This document shows, one piece after another, positions 1 to 11,981 of a stretch of 64,000 bases of DNA. Origin of the DNA: Lophium mytilinum (lineage: Eukaryota). Under the pieces are notes generated by a model. It was not told the origin of the DNA, did not search any database, and saw nothing but the letters and a program-made list of their open reading frames with translations. The DNA lies in assembly GCA_010093605.1 (NCBI GenBank), contig MU004194.1:192156-256155 (forward strand), read 5' to 3'. Each line of letters opens with the position of its first letter. The first letter of the stretch is position 1. A program made the translations under genes and the position numbers.

Positions 1-213
1 CATTACTTCTTGCTTCAGGGAATGGATCCGCTGCGTGACGAGGGGCTGATCTACGAGCGGACCTTGAGGGAAGATTGTGGCGTGAAGACCAAGCTAGATG
101 TGATTCCAGGTGTGCCGCATGGGTTCCACCATATGCTGCCGACGTTTTCCAAATCGGGTCCCGCAATACAGAAAATGTTTGAGGGGATTGATTGGCTTCT
201 AAAGCAGAAGTAG
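1..213 (+). CDS. C-terminal end of an alpha/beta hydrolase (HSL-type esterase/lipase), 5' part outside the window
   Basis: GMDPLRDEGLIY...PGVPHGFH matches the D-P-L-R-D-E-G acid motif and HGF catalytic His motif of abhydrolase_3 proteins; stop TAG at 211-213. Confidence 0.85.
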   Translation, partial: HYFLLQGMDPLRDEGLIYERTLREDCGVKTKLDVIPGVPHGFHHMLPTFSKSGPAIQKMFEGIDWLLKQK

Positions 214-445
214 CAGATCGTATATGTACACAGTATCAGGATTCGTAGATGCGTGTCGTTAGCATTTTGCCCAAATTGCCCAGTCCAACACAAGCCCATA
301 CTTCAATGGCCCAACCTAGGGGGGAGAATACTCAATATTGTACAATGTCGCATTGGCGAACCGTATAAACATATATGCCATGACCATGCCGATCAACGTT
401 ACGCCATATGACCTATTTGTCCGTCCAAAGCCTGGGAAATGCTCC

Positions 446-1153
446 CTACTCTGGTTTCTTGCTCTCAAAATCGCTCGCCTGTAGATTCCGCGTCATCTTC
501 GGCAGTCTCACCACTAACCCATCCAGCTCTTTCGACATCTTAATTTGGCACCCCAGCCGGCTTGTCTCAGTCAGCCCAAAGGCTAGGTCTAGCATATCGT
601 TCTCGTCGTCCTCAGGCTCCTCCATAGCGTCAAAATGGTCAGAATCGACAATGACGTGACAGGTACTACAGGCGCAGGAGCCTCCGCAGGCTCCCTCCAT
701 CTCGAGGTCGTTGTCTTGGGCGATATCGAGGAGGTTGCCGCCGTCGGCGACTTCGAAGGTGTGGGAATCGCCTTCCTTGTCTATGAATGTGACTTTGCGT
801 CTAGGAAAGCAATATTAGCAGTGTCTGAGGAGTGTCTGATGGGGGACAATGTACTCTTCACCTGGCTTGGGAGCGTCGAGATGGCCGTGTTGCGATATGG
901 GTGAGGTAGAGAAACGCCGCCGACTTCGGGCGAACGTGGGGAGCCATGCAGAGGCTGAAGACAGAGTGCTGTGCTGGAACGGTGATGTTCTATGGCTCTT
1001 CCATGCCGGAGAAGTTGCGGATGCTAGTGGTGTTGGGGTGCAATTGCTGAGATTGCGCACTCTATGCTGGCACGTTGGTGAAGCATTTCGAGATAGATGC
1101 AGGCGGAATGCGGCGGAGGCAGATATTCGACTCGACACACAATGAACAGACAT
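446..1153 (-). CDS. YAH1: Mitochondrial [2Fe-2S] ferredoxin (adrenodoxin type); 2 exons (approx. 1153-855, 800-446)
   Basis: EGACGGSCACSTCHV...ENDMLDLAFGLTETSRLGCQ adrenodoxin signature; R/S-rich N-terminal presequence; GTACAT...CTAAT...CTAG intron joins KPGE to ERKVTFIDKEG. Confidence 0.95.
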
Positions 1154-1410
1154 GGCGACAACGTTCTTGAAGGATTGAGAGGGAGGAGAGGAAGCAAGAG
1201 GGGGGGTTGACTGACTCCCACTCGGCTTTCGCTCTCTTCTCCGAGCGCCAGAAAGATTTCGTCCAAGTCGATGAAAGCTGTCTGCACGTCCCGCTCTGCG
1301 CGCCCTGCTCCGTGAATGTGGCCGACGACAAACGAAGAACCTCGTCACCGTCTCTACGCAGGGCTGGCGACGTAGACCTCAATCCTCTCCTACCCTCCAC
1401 CTCTATCACC
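1154..1410. promoter_or_regulatory. Short divergent (bidirectional) promoter between YAH1 and UGO1
   Basis: Only 257 bp separate the two head-to-head ATGs (1153 and 1411). Confidence 0.6.
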
Positions 1411-3080
1411 ATGGCCACCTCTAGAGATGCGCCGAACCCACTGCGGCCATACTACAGACCGCCATCTATTGGACTCGCCCCAGACAGCGCCGCCAACGGC
1501 ACCGCCGCATCGCATCATGCTTCATCCTTCTCCAAGCCGAGTTTCGAGTCCAAGGCACGCGACATCCTCTCCGACCTCGACTATGGCGACTACATGTCCG
1601 ACGGCTCGCCCTCGGTGGCTGATATGGCGAAGAGACTGGTTGATCAAGCCTTGTGGGACTACACCACCATCTTCCTTGGCCAACCGCTCGAAGTTGCAAA
1701 AACAATCCTTCAAGTCCATCAGGCCGCAGGACAGGCTCCGCCGAGCATAGCAGTCAGTTCAGACGACGTCAAGAGCCGGCCGAATAGCTATGCAAGCGGG
1801 AAATACGAAGATGTAGGCTTTGATGCGGCTTAACGCTTGGATATCAGTTACTAATATCAAACAGTATCCTTCAGATGAAGATGATTCGGATGCAGATTCG
1901 CCTTCGTACTTTACCTCTACGGCCCCGAATTTGCGCTCATTCTCCCCTACCGCCCAAAGGTCACCGGAGCGTCGTCGACATGCGCCCAGTCGGTCAAACT
2001 CATCAACACCAACTCCTTCATCCACGAAGCCACCACACAAGCTCGAATTGCGGAGAGCGGATTCTCTGCTCGAGGTCTTGGCCCAGTTATGGCAAAAGGA
2101 GAGTGCGTGGGGAGTGTGGAAAGCGACCAACATGACTTTCGTCTACAACTTCCTGCTCAAAACCTCCGAAAGCTGGACGCGAAGTCTGCTTTCCGCATTG
2201 CTGAATGTTCCCGACCCCGGCCTGATCAGTGGAGCAGCTTCAGGGCTAGGAAGCCTAGACATTGTAGACAGTCCGAACCCCTTAGCAAGTCTAGCAGTTG
2301 CGGTAGCGGCCGCCGCAATTGCAGGTCTAGCACTTGCGCCGCTTGACCTCATTCGAACACGGTAGTTCTAATTCACCTCGAAGATGCTAGGACCTACGAT
2401 ACTGACAGCTTTATAGCCTCATTGTCACCCCAACAAGCTCAACACCTCGCAATATATACCCTTCTTTGCGCTCTCTCCCCTCGTTCACGATACCAAACTC
2501 ACTCCTCCCAATCACCCTCCTCCACTCCTCCCTCCCCGTCCTCTTCTCAACCTCCGCCCCGCTAGTCCTCCGCTCCTCCTTAGGCATCGACCCCAACCTC
2601 ACGCCAGCCACCCACTCCCTCTCAACCTTCCTCTCCTCAACCGCCGAACTCTTCCTCCGCCTCCCGCTCGAAACCGTCCTCCGCCGCGGCCAGGTCGCCG
2701 CGCTTCAAGACTCCGACACCAAGCGACTCAGCGAAGCCTACCGCACCTTGCGTGCCAATCCGGGCGGCGACGATAGCGCCACAACGCGCAACTTCAAGAC
2801 GATCGTTGACGTGGGGCCCTACAAGGGCGTGCTGGGGACCATGTGGTTCATCGTTCGCGAAGAAGGCGTCACGTTCGTCGGCCCGGGCGGTGCAACGGCG
2901 GCGTTGGCGGCGGCGGCCAGCGTGCCAAGCACGCCTGGTGTGGGCTTTGCGGCGCGCGCGCGGGTGCGCAAGGGGCAGGGTATGCAGGGGTTGTGGAGAG
3001 GGTGGAGAGTCGGATTCTGGGGGCTGGTGGGGGTGTGGGGAGTGTCTGCGTTGGGAGGAGCTGGGGGCGGAGAGTTCTAA
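1411..3080 (+). CDS. UGO1: Mitochondrial fusion and transport protein Ugo1 (degenerate mitochondrial carrier); 3 exons (approx. 1411-1812, 1866-2361, 2417-3080)
   Basis: N-terminal PNPLRPYY motif; carrier signatures QPLEVAKTILQ, APLDLIRTRL and LPLETVLRRGQ; C-terminal GLWRGWRVGFWG; canonical introns join the ORF pieces. Confidence 0.92.
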
Positions 3081-4257
3081 TTCTCAAAAGGACAGGGGTA
3101 AGAGTCAGGTTGCGAGTTTGCCCATTGTTTGTGCTATATCCCTACTCTATACTCACTCCGCGATGGGCCATGGGCGTTTTCTAAAGTCTGCACCGGGGTT
3201 TTCTTTTGGGATGAGGGTGTGTTTTCTCATGAAGAGATGATTGATGGGTGTACAATATCTGACGTAGATGATCGATGATATCTTGGAAAGAGACTCAGGA
3301 GGTTTGGGTGTGTATCATGCTCCATTCTCAGATCTTTTCCCAATAAGAACTTCTCTCAATTTTTGTTCGTCTTGAATGGGTGCAGCGCGAAATCGACGTG
3401 GAGTAGTGTGCCCCACACGCGTTGCGCTGCTTGACCTGCTTACTCCGGTCACCTTACTACGAAAATGTTGAACGTAGACCGAATATCGGCCTCTCTACCT
3501 TCGGTTGGGAGATGCAAGCTACCACAGAAAGGAATCTCCGGCGTCAGCGCTCACGATTGAGAAACTTTGAGACCAGACGAAGGAGAAAAAGTTATAGTGA
3601 GACGCCATGACCCATGGCCTTTCCCATCTCTCCGCCTATGACGCGTCTAGACTACTGCTCAAAATAGTCCAAGGAAGACCGCAACGTCCTGACGGAATGC
3701 TGCGACGGAAGACCATGCGAGAGGGTATTGTGCACATATCATCGAATATTGCAAGTGGATTATAGAAAAGAGTTGCGTGTTGGGAATGGGACAGGATGAT
3801 GCCAAAGCTGGTTTGGTGTGTTCATGGTGAGAGCTAACATACACGAATTTGCACATCAGATTGTCGATTGGGAGAGGATAGATTGAAAAAGTGCGATTCC
3901 GAAAGAAGGGTGAGAGGATTGGTCACCTGAACCTCTTTCATTGGTATGTTGAGGCTAATTTGCTTCATCATATGGCTCTGTGACGTGCGAGCACAGCTAG
4001 CTGTTTACATGTGAAAGATCCACACCATAAATGTAAGGGCATATACCGACTAATCTTAAACACCTTCCATAGATCAAAGGGCGGCTCGATGTAATAACGC
4101 CAAACCTGATGGTCGAGTGGTAATCCGATGAACTTTATTTCATTCTATTCATCAGCCTAGGGATGCATTAATCAGCGTACCCCCTTCGATTTTTTACTAT
4201 TCGACTCCTGCCTAGCCTATCTGGTTTGTTTTTGCTTCTGTAATAATTATTCGTTTG

Positions 4258-4900
4258 TACCCTTCAGAGACGGCGCAACTATCCAAACATTCGGTTATGG
4301 AATGCAGAGAAATGAGGCATAGGCCAGTCTCATGTGAATGCAAAGTGTTAGTCCACAAAAGCGTCCAGAGTTTAATGTCAAGCTACAAATTCTCTCTGGG
4401 CATGTTTGTACCTGTCTTGAGGAGCTCTAGCGCGTCGCCAAATGCGATGGAAGGACGGTTCTGGCAAGCCGTTTCGCTCTCCCGGCCACCTCAGAGGGTA
4501 TGGAGTGGATCAAAGCGACGCCGCTCATGCTCCATGTCCTTTGAGTATAATTTGTACTGAAGGCGTTTTGAAGAAAGGGGAGAGAGACTTTCAGCCTCGT
4601 CATCATACCTTGTGATGAGAGCGTCCCGTCAATCTAGAATGGGGTTTGTGTAAGATCTCATTTACAAAAGGTTACTTGATAGAATTACACGTCGTAGGCA
4701 CAGTAATGAGCCTTGAGTTTGCGTACATGGATATAGTATCGCTTGAGGTCGAACTCTCACTCGCTCAATACCACTATCAGGAGTGGTCCAGCTACTGGGT
4801 ATCCTATGAGTCATATGGCAGCCTTAGTTCCTACATTGTCGAAGTAGACATCGCAATCTGGCAACTAGAACTTTGGTAACCTACAATAAACACTCAAGAA
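4258..4900 (-). pseudogene. Possible decayed gene, weakly APH/phosphotransferase-like
   Basis: Minus-strand frame SSNLL*...YTNPILD*RDALITRYDDEAES...HTL*GG...ENL*LDIKLWTLLW is protein-like but has in-frame TGA/TAG; resembles the SNIFV...IIDW segment of fungal APH-like kinases. Confidence 0.3.
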
Positions 4901-7900
4901 GTTGTGGATGAGTGTGCATAGGCTTGCGGCAAGCCGCAGTAGATATATAGGCTCATATACTAGAAGCGCGTACGATGCGCAAAGGCAAAACTGTTGAGTC
5001 TCTTCATGTTCTTCGCACATGCTTGAAAACGTAACGAAGAAGGAACGATAACTACCGTCGGTCCCGTAAACGGTTTCAGCTTGAGCGCTTCACTCCCATC
5101 CACTTCTCCTCAGAACTCACATCGACTCTAATTATCGATTCTTTCATCTGAGCCGTATGACTCCTCCACATCGCTGACCCATTCCAGTAGACAACTTTTA
5201 CATTCCGTCAATGCCACTAATCAATTAAGTTTTGCAAAAAGCAGTAGTCCCCCGTCCGATTCTTCTCACAAACGATCACTCTCTTGTCGCACATAAAGAC
5301 TAAACTCCTGACCTGCTGTGATCTACAACAAGACCTACCATCCTGTCCACTGCATTCTGCGCGTTCGCCATCTCAGCTTGTCAGTACATAGAGTCAGCAG
5401 GCCATAACTATCAAAAAGGCTGCTCGCGTAGGTTGCGATCAATCTTCGAGAGTGCAAAGACGTATCGAAGCCCTCTGGCAGTGGTAGCAACAGGTCAGTC
5501 TGCTGCCACTACACTGCTCATCTAAAGTCCTTGCCGAGAAGCTTTAAGAGTCAAATTTCGTTTTGCCCAAATTATTGGAATATCGTGACGCAAATCGGGA
5601 ACGAGTGCCTGCGCTTTCCCGGGAAGATACGGTATGAAAGGAGATCTAGTACTAGTTTTGGACGCTTCCAAAACATGTCCTACCAAGGAAATCTAGTCTA
5701 TCATGGGAGAGGGGAAAGACCTACTTGTCCCTGACTTTGGCGCCTTCACGTATTGAGTTGAGTGCACATCAGCGACGAACATAAAGCGACGAACAGAGTG
5801 AAGGGCGTAGATTGCAGATCGACGCAAGACTAACGGCTCTTACTTCACTCTGCCACCAGCCGTTGATCGTGACATCCAGGCCACTGCATGCATGACTAGC
5901 CAAGGTCTGGCCTTTGGATCTTTGAAGCGGGCCAGGGCAGACAAAGCTCGGGACCAGCCGGGGCCATATGTTTGGGGACTCAATTGGCTCTTGAGAACGG
6001 TCCTTCGCTGATCGGCAGCAGTTTATGGGAAGTGAGGGACGTCGAGGGCACCAACTGCAGCCGAGACGTGAGTTGATCGACGACGGACTGCCAAACAGGG
6101 AAGTGGAGCGTTGCACGTCACAGCCAGCAGTGACAGGATGGGATCAGCGACTGTGCCCACGGCTAAAAACACGGGGGAAGCGATGGCGTCAGGCGTGGTC
6201 GCGTAAAGAGAAGGTGGGGAACGTTGATAGACACGGCTGGAAGGAAAGCTTTTGCTGGGAGAGAGGATGGTTGAGTCTATGAAAAGGCTGATCTGTTCGA
6301 ATTCGAACGTTTCAGTTCAATTCAAACCGTAAAATAGTGCGGCGAAGGTGATTGTTGGCGGCTCAGAACACGCGGCGTGTCTTCAACATTTCGTACTTGT
6401 CAAGAAAGATGGAGACCGCACAGCATTTGTTGACAAAGGAATACGAGCTGCAGGCAGACGTGGCATGGATTTACTGCTGCTCGAAGAAAGTTACGATAAG
6501 ATCCCTGTTTGTTACAGAAAAGGTGGTATACATATGCGGGACGACGATCAGTAAAATAGAGCCAACTTAGCTCTCGAGCGGCGAGGAAGTAGGCGTTAGT
6601 TACCGGACGCAGTACTTGACTGTTGGGACAACTCTGGAAGAAAATAACGCTGTGACACTTAAGCGCCAACTTCAGCTGTCTTGATCCAACCAAGCGGACC
6701 GGAGAATAACAATGAGGACACCACCAATAGCGCCCCATCTGACATTGTGGCGACTATTTCGTCATGGCCCAGGTAGCCTGGTCCACCATGTGCGACACGG
6801 CCCCAGTACTGTGGTTGGTATGCCTAAATAGGCGGGCAATTGAGCTTAATGACGCATGGTTGGTGGACTCGAGGTGGCACCGTTGAAAACAAGAGCCATA
6901 CAAGGGAGGCCAGGAACCATACGCACAGTTTTGGCTATGAGGGTTTACTCGAAATCTGCTTAGGAGCATCTAGTGATTTACGGTGTGCAGTGTTAGCATC
7001 CTCAATCCTACGTGCGCGCCTACATGATGTGTGCTAGCTGCTCTGCCGCTCCTTGCGTGGTGATGACGAAGCTAGGGATTCCGTTGGGGTCGTGATGTGC
7101 TCCGTGGATTCAATCGACGACAACGTGACGGCAGAGCACCAGGAGCATATCCCCTGTCCCGAAACATCTCAGCATTGCTGTGAAGGCAGACGAGGGGGCT
7201 TGACCTCATGCCGAGGTGTGTCCGTAGTGATCTTCATCAAAGCTCGCGAGAGGCCGCTTCGAGTCGGATCGAGATGGTGCAGATGTCATCACGTCGGCCT
7301 CGGGGCGCGCTCCGAAAAATTATAGCCAAAGAAGTGAGAGAGACGGTGACACCACCTTAGGAAATCGGACTAGAAAGACCGCCTCTACACAGGTTGACCA
7401 TGCCGGGCGCAGGAAGGTAGTTTAAAGCAAGGTGAGGCCACGCTTGTGGCGGACTGTGCCAACTTGTAGAAATGGATGAAGGTTGATAATTGCTTTACGG
7501 CGGGTCTCCAGGGCAAGGTCGGTAGGCAATACCTGGCAGGTGAGGGCGTGATGCATGGTAATGCTGGATACTCGAGGGCGGCACAGCGGGAGCTAGAATA
7601 GGGTGTTTCGAGAGAAGGGCGATACAGGCGAGGAACGACTGGCGATGCTCCTCGGCAACCCTGCATGGTGAGAGCGTGGAGAGGGGTGCGGCTCATGAAG
7701 GCGCCCCACGTCATGCGGGCTTGGCGTAGGTCACCTCCCCGACGCCCCGAACCGCCCACAGACACACCAACCACAGCACTGACACCACTGACACCACACA
7801 GACCAAGGGACCCTGACGCATGGCAATTCACTCCAGCTGCAGCTGCATGGCGCATTTTGACCCTTCCCCATGATGCCATTTCTGCGAGCCCGCCCCGGGG

Positions 7901-8655
7901 CACGGGCTCGCCTCCCCGGCCCTGCAGCCCACCCAGGTGACGTCGGGATGCTCCATGGCGGTCCCGGCAACCGCTGGAATGATTGGGCAGAGCCATGGTG
8001 CTGACTGGCACTGACTGTGCGGAGGTCACGTTCGCGGACCAAGTCACCGCGAGGCGAGTGTTGCGCGTCACTGCGAGCGTGCTGGTGGCAGCAGACTGTC
8101 GCGAAGGGTGCAATATGGGTGCAGCATCAGCTGTTGCCAAGGGCGGTGTCGGGAGAGTCCCAAGCACTGTGAGACCCTGGAATCCTTCTTGCAGCCCTCG
8201 ACATCATCGAGATCTTCAGGGTCCTGCCAAACGCTCGTTAGGCAGTCGTTAGGCACGCCCCGCCCCACCGCGAACGACGCAATGCAGCCGCGCGAGCCAA
8301 TGGGCCAAGCTCGATCCCAAGTATCCCTGCCGTGGTTGCTCAGCGGTATTGAAATCGTCCCTGTATCTAGGGCAAAGCGGTCCAGAACTCTGACGCTTGG
8401 GGCGCCAGCCGATAGCAGTCATACCGCGCCAGTGCGTTGATCAGCGCTGATCCTGGGCCTGCGGACGACCTCGCGCCTCCTTCGCCCGCCCGACCTCTAT
8501 ATCTACCCGGGCCCGCTGTCAACTGCATTCCCATCCCTCACCCAGATTCCACATTTCAGACATTCATCCGCATTTCAAACCCCAGTCCTCATTTCAACGT
8601 TCGACCTCAACACCATCAACCACATCACTCACCACCCACAACATTACTCACCACC

Positions 8656-8950
8656 ATGTCGCAATCTCAAGTCCTTGCCCAGGGAGCCTACTCTGAGGCC
8701 GCTCAACAAAACTTCACGTCGCAGTTCGACGTCGACCACCCCAACGATGCTATGTCTACATACGCCAGGTAAGTGTCTGTTCCATTGTTAGCAGAGGCAT
8801 CTATTGACCAAGCCCAACAGGATCATGCATGAGCACACCAAGGTCCAACTGAATACGGCCACGAGCTCCGCACGACGACGGTCGCAAGGCGTCTCGCCCA
8901 GCCTTAAGACTGGGCTCAGCGTCGAATCCGTCTCATCGAACGGTTCATAG
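8656..8950 (+). CDS. Small (80 aa) hypothetical protein; 2 exons (8656-8768, 8821-8950)
   Basis: CACCATG Kozak context, GTAAGT donor at 8769, TTGAC branch and AACAG acceptor at 8820; spliced frame ...AMSTYARIMHEHTKVQLNTATSSARRRSQG...SNGS*. Confidence 0.8.
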
Positions 8951-10873
8951 TCTGCTTAGCGATGCATTTACCTTTTGCATCCACGACCGGTGTTACGGGC
9001 GCAGCTTTTTCAACTTAGCGATCATGGCTTTCACTTCATCGGAGTTGTCTAGAGTCATTCCATATACGAATCTTCATGTGGTGTCTCGGCGTTGTACCAG
9101 TCCAGGCAGGACATGGTAGGGAAAGGGCCACGGTGCGAATCTTCTATATTATTTCCTACATATTTGCCTACATATCATCGGCAGAGGTCAACAAAAACAT
9201 TCCAACACTTCACAACCTTCTCCATATGTCTGCCTGACATGACTGAACATAAACGTCTAACCTATTCTTTACGTACGCCTTGCACATGTCAGTATGATTT
9301 TCGTGTGCCAGTCTTGGTGTCGCTTTCTGTATACCGAAGTATTCATTCCCAGGTTGTAGTCTCGAGTTTGGCTCCTTTCATCAACTTACTCTTCCTCGTT
9401 TTACATCTTCTTAAGTCGTCAACGTCAATATCCATGTGCCGGTAAAGGAATATGCAAAAACACGTCCAACGCCCTCGTTGATATTTTGCAGACATTCTGT
9501 TAATGTCTGAACAAAACTTCCGACTCTCCGCGCAGGCAACACTTCTACCGCTTACCCGAAAATACCGCCGATCCTGTCGCCTCCACCTTCCATCTTTCAT
9601 CACAATCACGATGCGCATACCGGCTCTCGATGCACCTTCCTTTCAACTCCACATAATCCATGCCTTAGCGCTTGCCCCTAGATGTCACTCCAGCGTGACT
9701 CTCGCGCTAGGCACGAGCGTTTGGCGTCGATGACCCTCGATTAGCGATACAGGATCGTCCAAATTGAACCGCAGCGGGACGCCCGTCCATAAATCCTAGA
9801 GAGATACGTTCGCCTACCGGTTTTGCGGCGCACGGGACGGGATGGATGACGCTGTCGCTGAACTGGGTCGTAGGTGCTTTCACGTATTATATTTTCTCAA
9901 GCTGGATTCTCCAAGCTCACCTGATAGCATAAGAATTCAGGGAGGCGATTGCTAGGCCCCTCTAATCAGTACCCCGAGAGTGTTCCACCTATCAACCCCT
10001 GCCCGAGGTGTTGTCGGGACGTGGAGCCACGAGGCGTGGACCCTTTCCCGCGTCGCCTCCTACAGCTGGTTTGGCTCTTTCCACACTTCTAAGGTGATGT
10101 TCCATCCCCAAAGTGCTGCGCGTTGCTAGCAAGCGAATGCTATCAATCTGGGGAATAATGGTCAGATTTTGACATTTTCACGCCCTCTCTTATTTGCGCA
10201 AATCATCAGTAATCGCAGCTGATTTCCCCGGGCCAAGACGAGGAAATCAAGATTAACTATTAGCGGCTGATCTCTGCCATCTTTCCCTGCAGGACGAGGC
10301 TTGATGCGATGCTACTAGGGGCGCTGACCCCGGGAAAAGGCGCTGTCTGCGCTCTTGTCTCCATCTCCCTATTCGCTCAAAGTAAGGCGCGGTGTGGACT
10401 CCGGATCTTTTTAGTAGATTTTTTAGAGATGCCTGTCATTTAGGCATCTGACGTTGGGCTCCTGCTACGACACGATAGATACTCTTCTTAATACCAGGCC
10501 TACATTTTGATATTAGATAACTATTCGAACAAGAGAAATCTCAACGAAACGTGAATCAAATGTTTGGCTAGGTCATTCCTTAGTGGGAAACTTAAAGTGG
10601 CGTGATCTACCATATAGAACAGGAGAATGAAATGTTTTCTGGGTTCTCGGGCTATCTGAAAGTGTGTTGGAGCAACATACACAGCGTACACTTACAAGAG
10701 AAACAAAACAAAAATGAGGTTTTGGAAAAGATATTTTCCAAGATTTTGAAAATATTTTTGATTGGTAACATGGAATTGCGATAGTGTCCAAAAGAACTCG
10801 GTGACACAAGAGATCCGAAGTTGAGGTTTTGAGAGAACGTCATCCGTCCGCCCCGCTCCGCCTTCTCGGACAA

Positions 10874-10964
10874 CACGTGATATCCGGGCCCCTTGCCCAG
10901 TGGGGTGGGGCGATCTCCACCCCGGCCTGGGCATCGGCCAAAAAATTTCCCCACATCTCTCATC
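10874..10964 (+). promoter_or_regulatory. YAR1 promoter elements: CACGTG box, GC-rich hairpin, RRPE-like AAAAAATTTC and PAC-like CTCATC
   Basis: CACGTG 10874-10879; TGCCCAG/CTGGGCA and GGGGTGG/CCACCCC stems 10894-10933; AAAAAATTTC 10940-10949; CTCATC 10959-10964, upstream of a ribosome-biogenesis gene. Confidence 0.45.
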
Positions 10965-11041
10965 ATCAAGCCGTAGAATCTTGCAAGAAGGCCTTCAATC
11001 GCTTCCCACTTCCTCAAAAAGTCAATCCCGCAGTGTTAATA

Positions 11042-11981
11042 ATGGCTCCCACCATATCTCTCTCGGAAGATGCCATCGACGATCTCCTCTACCTCGCCCG
11101 CGTCAACGAAACCTCAGAACTATCCTCCTACCTCTCCGAATTATGCGCCCAGCATCATGCTTCCGCAGCTAGCATACTAGAAGCGGCAGTGGATGAGGCA
11201 TCTGGGAACACATCACTACACTACGCAGCTGCCAATGGCCATCTAGGTAATTTATTCTCCTTTTGTTACATTGTCACACATCGGATCGAACTCCAACTTC
11301 GGGTTTATAGACATGCTGGGTAGCCATTGTTATCACAGTTGGGAAGGCTTCAATATACTTCCAAGATACCAAAAGAGACACGTTCCGTCCATTGGCAACG
11401 CCTGTAAAATCGCTGCGCTGTATTGCCTCTCAATTGGGACGATAATACGTTTTTCCAACCTCTTTTGAAGCACTAGGATAGTAGCAGAAGAGCGTGCACA
11501 GACGTCTGACGAAACTCTTTCACTTTCCATATTCCGACCTGCAAGATGTGTCTGAGTGGCAATGGACTGACACTGCACTACACCAGATACCCTCAAAGTC
11601 CTCACTACATCCGAGTCTCCTGCTGCTGCCCCGGCCAAGGAAGGCACAAAACCAACCCCACCAAACCTCAACTCCCCCAATGCTGCTGGAAACACAGCCC
11701 TCCACTGGGCCGCGCTGAACGGACATCTTGAGTGCGTCAAGCACCTAGTAGCCCTCGGCGCGGACGTCAGCGTGCTCAACAAAGCCGGTCACGACGCGAT
11801 TTTCGAAGCTGAGCTGAACGATAAAGAAGACGTAGTAGCGTGGTTGCTCGTGGAAGGAGAGGGACTCGAGGAGGGCCTGGGAGGTGAGGAGAAAGACGAG
11901 AACACCGAAGAAGCTGTAGAAGAGGTCAACAAGAAGCTCGGTGGGGTGGAGGTCAAAGACGGGGAAAAGCTTGGTGGATGA
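11042..11981 (+). CDS. YAR1: Ankyrin-repeat protein Yar1 (Rps3 chaperone); 2 exons (11042-11246, 11587-11981)
   Basis: IDDLLYLAR N-terminus; ankyrin repeats GNTSLHYAAANGH and GNTALHWAALNGHLECVKHLV; NKAGHDAIFEAE; acidic tail. Confidence 0.9.
11300..11520 (+). ncRNA. Candidate intronic structured RNA (possible H/ACA snoRNA) in the YAR1 intron; boundaries uncertain
   Basis: 340-nt intron with nested stems spanning 11370-11467, an ANANNA-like motif near 11366-11376 and an ACA near 11498; no C-box TGATGA. Confidence 0.35.

Noticed and set aside
7768..7802. Short CACTGACAC-type tandem repeat
   Set aside because: Two to three short imperfect copies; ordinary slippage repeat.
7385..8167. 260-codon minus-strand ORF and overlapping ORFs
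   Set aside because: Non-ATG start, no recognisable motif, GC-rich tract where long ORFs arise by chance; more likely regulatory DNA.
10722..10741. TTGGAAAA/TTTTCCAA 8-bp inverted repeat
   Set aside because: Short and within an AT-rich tract; expected by chance.
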